Part shown: positions 26,888 to 34,124 of the stretch, one piece after another
Layout: each line of letters starts with the position of its first letter
Position numbering within the stretch: the stretch's first letter is position 1
Sequence record: DRR723986_5413
DNA length: 34,124 bases
Strand: one strand, 5' to 3'
Made by a program: the position numbers and the translations under genes
Notes under the pieces: model-generated
The model's database searches: none
What the model was told of the DNA's origin: nothing
Seen by the model: the letters and a program-made list of their open reading frames with translations, nothing else

Positions 26888-27333
26888 AATTACCCCTGTA
26901 GTAACTGAGAACGTTCTTTAAAGTCAGATTATGATTACCAGATCTCGGCTTAATCCCTAGCCTCTGGGTCTGGATGTATCGCTCATAAAACGGTTATGAA
27001 AAGTTCACCCTCAATTCCATGAAGTGTGAATTTTCACATTTTTTTATGAATATGAGCATTCTTTTTATAGTCCAGGCACTCACTCATGCCCAACCATGTC
27101 CGGCCACCCTATACCCGAAAGCCCAAACTGGTAAGTTCAAACCGCTCCTTTGCGACATTTTCACGCTTTAGGGGCCCAACTTTTCTGTAAACCGGCCATT
27201 CGCGGGCTTTCCGGGGCCCAAGCCCCGGTAGCATCCGGCCCTGGCACACCCGGGGACATCCTCAGCCGCTTCCCTTCGCAACGGCAGCACTGCATCATGC
27301 CTTGCATCGCACAGCCCCCGGAACCTCCAGCCC

Positions 27334-27936
27334 ATGGACACCCTGATCGCCACTTTTATTACCCTGGTCTTCGTCATGGACCCGCTGGGCAACGTACCGA
27401 TCTTCCTGTCGGTGCTGAAGGATGTCCCCGCCAAAAGACGCCAGTGGATCATCCTGCGCGAGCTGCTGATCGCGCTGGTCGTGCTGCTGGTCTTCCTCTA
27501 TGCGGGCAGCACACTGCTACAGGTGATGGGCCTGCGCCAGGAATCGGTCAGCATCGCCGGCGCAATCATCCTGTTCCTGATCGGTATCCGGATGATTTTC
27601 CCTTCGCCCCACGGGCTAATGGGCGATACGCCAGAAGGCGAGCCGTTCATCGTACCGCTGGCAATTCCGGCAGTGGCAGGCCCGTCTTCCCTCGCGATCG
27701 CCATGTTGATGGTAAACAGCGATCCGGGGCGCATGGTGGAGTGGACTATCGCCCTGATCGCCGCCTGGGCCGTGGTCGCGGTGCTGCTGATGGCCTCGCC
27801 CTTACTGCTGCGCGCGCTCGGCAACCGCGGCCTGATCGCCATGGAACGCCTGATGGGTATGATCCTGGTGATAATCGCGGTGCAGATGTTCTTCGATGGG
27901 GTAATTACCTTCCTGCAGCTGAAGGTCGGCCCCTGA
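27334..27936 (+). CDS. MarC/YhgN family (NAAT) membrane protein
   Basis: MDPLGNVPIF, EPFIVPLAIPAVAGPS, AMERLMGMIL; about six hydrophobic segments. Confidence 0.92.
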   Translation: MDTLIATFITLVFVMDPLGNVPIFLSVLKDVPAKRRQWIILRELLIALVVLLVFLYAGSTLLQVMGLRQESVSIAGAIILFLIGIRMIFPSPHGLMGDTPEGEPFIVPLAIPAVAGPSSLAIAMLMVNSDPGRMVEWTIALIAAWAVVAVLLMASPLLLRALGNRGLIAMERLMGMILVIIAVQMFFDGVITFLQLKVGP

Positions 27937-27943
27937 AGTCGGC

Positions 27944-28873
27944 TCAGGCAGCAAGGTAGCGCGCGATCACGGCGCAATAGCGCTCCCGCAGAGGAGGTGC
28001 TTCATTGGCCAGGTGATGGCCGGCACCTGGCACATACTCAATCTTACTGCCCGGAAACAGGCGCTGGATACGCGGCAGATTCCAGCGCCAGTCCACGGTG
28101 CCATCCCGGTCGCCCTGCACCACCAGAACCGGGTCTGCGCCGAGGTCGGCAAACTCCAGCCCCGCCAGCCAGCGATCCAGGGCGGCGACCCAGCGTACGG
28201 AAATGTGCCGGGGCTGCAGCGGATCGCGTTGCAGGAATTCCAGGAAGGCCCGATCTGAAGAGTTCTCCGCGAAGCGACGGGGCACCCGGTCTGTGAACAA
28301 TTGCACCAGGCGCCGGGCAAGGCGCACCCGCGGCCAGGCCACCGGGCGAAGCAGTGGCGCCAGCAAAACCGCCCGGTCGAAGCACCAGCTGTGGTGACGG
28401 GCAAACTCGATAAGCGCGGCGCAGCCGGTGCTCTGGCCGATCACCCAGCGCGGCAGGGGCGGTAGCTGGTCACCGGCGATCACGTCGGCGACCGCCTGGC
28501 CGTAATCCGCGAAATCATCGATCACCGCTTGCTCACCGGTGGACAAGCCGTGACCGGGCAGGTCAAACACCACCACGTTACAGCCCTGTTCCAGGCCAAA
28601 GCGCACCAGGTGGGCAAACAGGCCACTGTGATCAAAATAGCCATGCACCAGCAGCAGGTTGGCGCGGGCGCCGGGTTGCAACCAGCGGTGGACCAGCAGC
28701 TGGTAAACGCCGGAGCGGACCGTGCCGGCTCCATAGCTGGCGCGGGGAAACTCTGCGCTGAAATCGAGGCCATAAAGCCGGCAAAAGTCGCGCAGCGGGG
28801 AAGAGGGCGGAGCCTCATCGGCCAGCGGCGGCAGTTCCGCACGCAGGCTGGCCAGGGCTGCTTGGCTCAACAT
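27944..28873 (-). CDS. Alpha/beta hydrolase (lysophospholipase-like)
   Basis: HGYFDH, DLPGHGLS, nucleophile elbow GQSTG, QGDRDGTVD, GAGHHLANE. Confidence 0.88.
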   Translation of the reverse strand: MLSQAALASLRAELPPLADEAPPSSPLRDFCRLYGLDFSAEFPRASYGAGTVRSGVYQLLVHRWLQPGARANLLLVHGYFDHSGLFAHLVRFGLEQGCNVVVFDLPGHGLSTGEQAVIDDFADYGQAVADVIAGDQLPPLPRWVIGQSTGCAALIEFARHHSWCFDRAVLLAPLLRPVAWPRVRLARRLVQLFTDRVPRRFAENSSDRAFLEFLQRDPLQPRHISVRWVAALDRWLAGLEFADLGADPVLVVQGDRDGTVDWRWNLPRIQRLFPGSKIEYVPGAGHHLANEAPPLRERYCAVIARYLAA

Positions 28874-28917
28874 GGCAGGCTAAGCGCGACCGCGCCGACG
28901 CGGCCGCGGGCAGGCAA

Positions 28918-29982
28918 TCAGTTGACCTGCTGGTCCAGCTTGCCCGCTGCGTAAAGGTCGTGCATGGCGTCCAGGGAGATGACCTTGATCTTGCTGGCAT
29001 TGCCCGCGGTGCCAAAGGCCTCGTAGCGCGCGATACAGATATCCCGCATCGCCTCGGTGGTTTTCGCCAGGTACTTGCGCGGATCGAACTCGGACGGGTT
29101 CTGGGCCAGGAAGCGACGAATTGCCCCGGTCGATGCCAGGCGCAGGTCGGTATCGATATTCACCTTGCGTACGCCGTGGCGAATGCCTTCCTGGATCTGC
29201 TCTACCGGGACCCCGTAGGTTTCAGGGATCTCACCGCCGAACTCATTGATCACCGCCAGCCATTCCTGGGGTACGGACGATGACCCGTGCATTACCAGGT
29301 GGGTGTTGGGAATTCGCGCGTTGATTTCCTTGATCCGATCGATAGCGAGAATATCGCCGGTCGGCGGGCGGGTGAACTTGTAGGCCCCATGGCTGGTGCC
29401 ACAGGCGATGGCCAGGGCATCGACGCCGGTCGCCTTGACGAACTGCGCGGCCTCCTCCGGGTCAGTGAGCATTTGCTCATGGGTGAGTTTGCCCTCGGCC
29501 CCGATACCGTCTTCTTCCCCGGCCTCGCCGGTTTCCAGCGAGCCCAGGCAGCCCAGCTCGCCTTCCACGGAAACACCGCAGGCGTGGGCCATGTCCACCG
29601 CAAGGCGGGTCACGCGCACGTTATAGTCGAAATCCATCGGGGTCTTGCCATCTTCACCCAGCGAACCATCCATCATTACCGAGCTGAAGCCGAGCTGGAT
29701 GGAGCGCTGGCAAACCGCCGGCGACACCCCGTGGTCCTGGTGAACCACCACCGGGATATGTGGGAATTCATTCATCGCCGCTTCCATCAGGGCGCGCAGG
29801 AAAGGTGCTCCGGCATACTTCCTGGCGCCGGCACTGGCCTGCATGATGACCGGGGAGTTGGTCGCATCCGCCGCCTCCATGATCGCCCGGGTCTGTTCCA
29901 GGTTATTGACGTTGAACGCGGGCACGCCATAGCCATGCTCGGCGGCGTGGTCCAACAACTGGCGCATACTGATTAAAGCCAT
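28918..29982 (-). CDS. fba: Fructose-bisphosphate aldolase class II
   Basis: [51 protein letters not shown]. Confidence 0.97.
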   Translation of the reverse strand: MALISMRQLLDHAAEHGYGVPAFNVNNLEQTRAIMEAADATNSPVIMQASAGARKYAGAPFLRALMEAAMNEFPHIPVVVHQDHGVSPAVCQRSIQLGFSSVMMDGSLGEDGKTPMDFDYNVRVTRLAVDMAHACGVSVEGELGCLGSLETGEAGEEDGIGAEGKLTHEQMLTDPEEAAQFVKATGVDALAIACGTSHGAYKFTRPPTGDILAIDRIKEINARIPNTHLVMHGSSSVPQEWLAVINEFGGEIPETYGVPVEQIQEGIRHGVRKVNIDTDLRLASTGAIRRFLAQNPSEFDPRKYLAKTTEAMRDICIARYEAFGTAGNASKIKVISLDAMHDLYAAGKLDQQVN

Positions 29983-30015
29983 GACTTACTCCTTATAGAT
30001 GAGCGGGGGCCGCTG

Positions 30016-31191
30016 CTAGGCGTCATCGCGGGCCCGCTGCTCGAGGACCGCGACGGCCGGCAGGGTCTTGCCCTCGACGTACTCGAGGAAAGCGCCCCCG
30101 CCGGTGGAGATATAGGAGACCTTATCGGCGATGCCGAATTTGTCAATTGCGGCCAGGGTGTCACCACCGCCGGCCAGGGAAAAAGCGCCGCTGTTGGCAA
30201 TCGCCCGCGCCAGCGCCTCGGTACCCCCGGCAAACTGATCGAGTTCGAACACGCCCACCGGACCATTCCACAGGATGGTGCCGGCGCCGGTCAGAACATC
30301 GCTGATCAGGGCCGCGGACTCCGGACCGATATCGAGAATCATGTCGTCATCGGCCACCTCGCTGACATGCTTGAGAGTGGCCTCAGCCTGTTCGTCGACA
30401 GCCTTGCCGGTGACCACATCCACCGGCAGCGGGATCGAGGTTTTACTCATCAGCTCACGCGCCTGGGGAATCAGGTCGTGCTCGCACAGGGACTTGCCCA
30501 CCGGGGCGCCACTGGCGGCGAGGAAGGTGTTGGCGATACCGCCGCCCACTACCAGCTGATCCACTTTTTCCGACAGGGTTTCCAATACCGTCAATTTGGT
30601 CGACACCTTGGAGCCGCCGACGATTGCCACCATTGGTCGGGCGGGGTTACCCAGCGCCTTGTCCAGCGCTTCAAGCTCTCCGGCCAGCAGGGGGCCGGCA
30701 CAGGCCACGGGCGCGAACCGCGCCACCCCGTGGGTGGACGCCTGGGCCCGGTGGGCGGTGCCGAAGGCATCCATCACAAAGATCTGACATAAGCCGGCAT
30801 AGGCACGGGCCAGAGTCTCGTCATCGGCCTTTTCACCGGGATTGAAGCGCACGTTCTCCAGCAGGGCGACTTCGCCGTCACGCAGTTCTACGCCCAGGCG
30901 CCAGTCCTCCACCAGGCTGACTTTCTGCCCCAGTAGCGAGGCCAGGTGTTCAGCCACCGGAGCCATGGAAAACTGGCGATCGAACTCGCCCTCCACCGGC
31001 CGGCCCAGGTGCGACATCAGGATGACCCGGGCACCGGCATCCACTGCGGCGCGAATCGTCGGCAGCGCCGCCCGGATGCGGGCATCACTGCTGACCTTGC
31101 CGTCTTTCAGCGGGACGTTCAGGTCCTCACGAATCAGCACCCGCTTGGCCGCAAGGTCCAGTTCGCTCATCAATTTAACTGCCAGGGTCAT
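30016..31191 (-). CDS. pgk: Phosphoglycerate kinase
   Basis: [63 protein letters not shown] before ATG 31191. Confidence 0.97.
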   Translation of the reverse strand: MTLAVKLMSELDLAAKRVLIREDLNVPLKDGKVSSDARIRAALPTIRAAVDAGARVILMSHLGRPVEGEFDRQFSMAPVAEHLASLLGQKVSLVEDWRLGVELRDGEVALLENVRFNPGEKADDETLARAYAGLCQIFVMDAFGTAHRAQASTHGVARFAPVACAGPLLAGELEALDKALGNPARPMVAIVGGSKVSTKLTVLETLSEKVDQLVVGGGIANTFLAASGAPVGKSLCEHDLIPQARELMSKTSIPLPVDVVTGKAVDEQAEATLKHVSEVADDDMILDIGPESAALISDVLTGAGTILWNGPVGVFELDQFAGGTEALARAIANSGAFSLAGGGDTLAAIDKFGIADKVSYISTGGGAFLEYVEGKTLPAVAVLEQRARDDA

Positions 31192-31207
31192 AGGCTCCTC
31201 CGATAGC

Positions 31208-32218
31208 TCACAGCTTGCCCCAGTAACAGGCGACGTCCAGCATGCGGTTGGCGTAGCCCCACTCATTGTCGAACCAGGTCAGCACCTTGACCAGGCGCTT
31301 GCCGCTGACCCGGGTCTGGCTTGCATCGACAATGCTCGAGCGCGGGTCGTGGTTGAAATCACAGGAGGCCAGCGGCTCTTCTGTGTAGCCCAGTACACCA
31401 TCGAAGCGCGCCTCTGCCGCCTCCGCCAGTACCCGGTTAACTGTCGCCACGTCCACGTCGCAGCTGGCCTGGATAGTCAGGTCCATGGCCGACACGTTGA
31501 GCGTCGGCACGCGCAGGGCCTGGGCGGTAAAACGGCCCGCAAGAGCGGGAAGTATGCGCTCGATACCCAGCGCAAGCGCCGTATCGACCGGGATAATTGA
31601 CTGCGATGCCGCGCGGGTCTTGCGCAGGTCGGTATTGTGATAGGCATCCAGCACCGGCTGGTCATTCATCGCCGAATGGATAGTGGTGATCGTGCCGCTC
31701 TCGATCCCCAGGGCATCATCCAGCGCCTTGATCACTGGCACGATACCGTTGGTGGTGCAGGAGGCGTTGGAAACCACGGCCTGGCCCGGCTCGAGAATAC
31801 CGTGGTTGACCCCATACACGACGGTGGCGTCCACATCGGCCTGCGCCGGCTGGGAGAACAGTACGCGACCGGCGCCGCGTTGCAGGTGCTGTTCCGCCGT
31901 TGCCCTGTCACTGAAGGCACCGGTGCACTCCAGCACCATATCAACCCCCAGGTCAGCCCAGGGCAAGCTGCGGATATCGGGCTGGCGCAGCAAGGCAATG
32001 GCCTGCCCAGCCACTGTCAGCGAGTGCGCATCGCCGCTGATCGCAGTGGGAAAGCGACCATGGGTCGAATCGTACTTGCTCAGGTGCAGTACGGTGCGGG
32101 CATCAGCCAATTCGTTGATCGCCACCACCGAGAGCTCGTCACGGTGGGGGCTCTCATACAGGGCGCGCAGGACACTGCGCCCGATTCGCCCGTAGCCATT
32201 GATTGCCAGTCGCAGCAC
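31208..32218 (-). CDS. epd: Erythrose-4-phosphate dehydrogenase (GAPDH family)
   Basis: [46 protein letters not shown]; located between tkt and pgk. Confidence 0.9.
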   Translation of the reverse strand: MLRLAINGYGRIGRSVLRALYESPHRDELSVVAINELADARTVLHLSKYDSTHGRFPTAISGDAHSLTVAGQAIALLRQPDIRSLPWADLGVDMVLECTGAFSDRATAEQHLQRGAGRVLFSQPAQADVDATVVYGVNHGILEPGQAVVSNASCTTNGIVPVIKALDDALGIESGTITTIHSAMNDQPVLDAYHNTDLRKTRAASQSIIPVDTALALGIERILPALAGRFTAQALRVPTLNVSAMDLTIQASCDVDVATVNRVLAEAAEARFDGVLGYTEEPLASCDFNHDPRSSIVDASQTRVSGKRLVKVLTWFDNEWGYANRMLDVACYWGKL

Positions 32219-32226
32219 GGCGGTTC

Positions 32227-34124
32227 CTAGAGGATCACCTCTTCTACGGCGAGCACCACGTTGTCGACGGTGAAGCCAAACTGGCTCATCAGCTCACCTG
32301 CCGGAGCTGACTCGCCGAAGCTGGTCATACCGACAATGCGGCCGTCCAGACCGGTGTACTTGTACCAGTAATCAACATGGGCGGCCTCGACGGCGACCCG
32401 TGCCAGCAGGTCGCTGGGCAGTACCGCCTCGCGATAGGCCGCATCCTGTTGCTCGAAGAGTTCAGCGCAGGGCATGGATACCACCCGAACCTGTTTGCCA
32501 GCCTGGCCAAGCTGCTCCGCCGCCGCCATGGCCAGGTGCACTTCGGAGCCGGTGGCGATAATCACCGCTTCCGGTGCTCCCGCCGGTTCGTGAAGGATGT
32601 AGGCGCCGCGCGCGATATCCGCCAGCTGCTGGGCACTGCGCGCCTGGTGCGGCAAGCCCTGGCGGGAAAACACCAGCGAGCTGGGGCCGTCGCTGCGCTC
32701 GATAGCGGCTTTCCAGGCTACGGCGGACTCCACCGCATCACAGGGCCGCCAGGTGTGCATGCCCGGTGTGGCTCGCAGGGCAGTGAGTTGCTCTACCGGC
32801 TGGTGAGTGGGCCCATCCTCCCCCAGGCCGATCGAATCGTGGGTATAGACGAAGATCACCCGCTGCTTCATGAGGGCAGCCATGCGCACCGCGTTGCGGG
32901 CGTATTCCATAAAAATCAGGAAGGTGGCGCCGTAGGGAATAAAGCCACCGTGCAGGGCGATCCCGTTCATGATCGCGGACATGCCGAATTCACGCACGCC
33001 ATAGTAGATGTAGTTGCCAGAGGCATCCTCAGCGGTGAGCCCCTTGGAGCCGCTCCAGATCGTGAGGTTGGAACCGGCCAGGTCCGCCGAGCCGCCCATG
33101 AATTCGGGGACCAGCGGCCCAAACGCATTGAGCGTATTCTGCGATGCCTTGCGCGAGGCAATGGTTTCACCCTCAGCCTGACAGCGCGCGATATAGGCGT
33201 CCGCCTGGGCAGAGAAATCCGCAGGCAAATCTCCCGCGAGTCGGCGCCGCAGCTCCGCTCCCAGCTCCGGGTGCGCACTGGCGTAGGCGTCCATCGCCGA
33301 GTTCCAGGCCTGTTCCCGCGCCGCGCCCTGCTCCCGGGCATCCCAGCCCTGGTAGATATCCTGCGGGATTTCGAATGGCGGGTACTGCCAGCCGATGGCT
33401 TCCCGGGTCGCGGCCACTTCCTCGGCCCCCAGGGCGGCGCCGTGGCAGGACTCGCTGCCCTGCTTGTTCGGGGCACCCTTACCGATAATCGTCTTGCAGC
33501 AAATAAGCGTCGGCTTGCCGGTCTCGGCACGGGCCGCCTCGATTGCAGCCTTGACCGCCGCCGGGTCATGACCATCGACGTTCGCGATCACCTGCCAGCC
33601 ATAGCTGGTGAAGCGACCCGGCGTGTCGTCGGTAAACCAGCCCTCCACCTCACCATCAATCGAGATGCCATTATCGTCATAGAAGGCGACCAGCTTGCCC
33701 AGGCCCAGGGTTCCCGCCAGGGAGCAGGCCTCGTGGGAGATACCCTCCATCAGGCAGCCGTCGCCGAGAAACACGTAGGTATGGTGATCGATCACCTCAT
33801 GGCCGGGACGGTTGAACTGGGCCGCCAGCGCCTTCTCGGCGATCGCCATGCCAACCGCATTGGTCACCCCCTGACCCAGGGGGCCAGTGGTAGTTTCCAC
33901 CCCCGGCGCATACCCGTATTCGGGATGACCCGGGGTTTTGCTATGCAGCTGGCGGAAATTGCGCAATTCGTCCATCGGCAGCTCGTATCCGCTCAGGTGG
34001 AGCAGCGAGTACACCAGCATCGAACCGTGGCCATTGGACAGCACGAAGCGGTCCCGGTTGGGCCAGCCGGGGTTGCCGGGGTTGTGGCTCAGGAAATCGT
34101 TCCACAGCACCTCGGCGATATCCG
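32227..34124 (-). CDS. tkt: Transketolase (5' end beyond the window)
   Basis: Frame is open to the window edge (..[11 protein letters not shown]); [50 protein letters not shown]. Confidence 0.97.
   Translation of the reverse strand, partial: DIAEVLWNDFLSHNPGNPGWPNRDRFVLSNGHGSMLVYSLLHLSGYELPMDELRNFRQLHSKTPGHPEYGYAPGVETTTGPLGQGVTNAVGMAIAEKALAAQFNRPGHEVIDHHTYVFLGDGCLMEGISHEACSLAGTLGLGKLVAFYDDNGISIDGEVEGWFTDDTPGRFTSYGWQVIANVDGHDPAAVKAAIEAARAETGKPTLICCKTIIGKGAPNKQGSESCHGAALGAEEVAATREAIGWQYPPFEIPQDIYQGWDAREQGAAREQAWNSAMDAYASAHPELGAELRRRLAGDLPADFSAQADAYIARCQAEGETIASRKASQNTLNAFGPLVPEFMGGSADLAGSNLTIWSGSKGLTAEDASGNYIYYGVREFGMSAIMNGIALHGGFIPYGATFLIFMEYARNAVRMAALMKQRVIFVYTHDSIGLGEDGPTHQPVEQLTALRATPGMHTWRPCDAVESAVAWKAAIERSDGPSSLVFSRQGLPHQARSAQQLADIARGAYILHEPAGAPEAVIIATGSEVHLAMAAAEQLGQAGKQVRVVSMPCAELFEQQDAAYREAVLPSDLLARVAVEAAHVDYWYKYTGLDGRIVGMTSFGESAPAGELMSQFGFTVDNVVLAVEEVIL

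Noticed and set aside
27150-27959. 269-aa ORF overlapping marC
   Set aside because: Alternative frame of marC with Pro/Arg-rich low-information sequence.

Overview
GC-rich gammaproteobacterial chromosome segment; gene content and style suggest a marine Halieaceae/Cellvibrionales-like organism (inference). The left part (1-11.6 kb) is housekeeping: rlmI-like (partial), gcvH, ubiI-like, ubiH, pepP, UPF0149, TIGR02449-like, zapA, 6S RNA, 5-formyl-THF cyclo-ligase, an uncalled small membrane protein, ilvA, rpiA, a 157-bp inverted-repeat element and a D-2-hydroxyglutarate dehydrogenase-like flavoprotein. The right part (27.3-34.1 kb) is also housekeeping: marC, an alpha/beta hydrolase, fba, pgk, epd and tkt (partial). 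Between them lies a ~15-kb accessory locus (11.7-26.9 kb). It encodes a FecI-like ECF sigma, FecR, an STN-bearing TonB-dependent transducer, a SAM methyltransferase, SapC, a TPR-AspH-like hydroxylase, a TPR sulfotransferase, a Tpa1/OGFOD1-like 2OG-Fe(II) oxygenase, a TPR 2OG-Fe(II) oxygenase, and a second related TonB-dependent receptor with its own terminator and high-expression-style codon usage. The tailoring enzymes resemble protein/peptide-modifying families, and no scaffold synthase or precursor peptide is visible. This locus is the best candidate for an undescribed system, possibly a receptor-linked protein/peptide modification module. No CRISPR array, tRNA, rRNA, integrase or transposase was seen.
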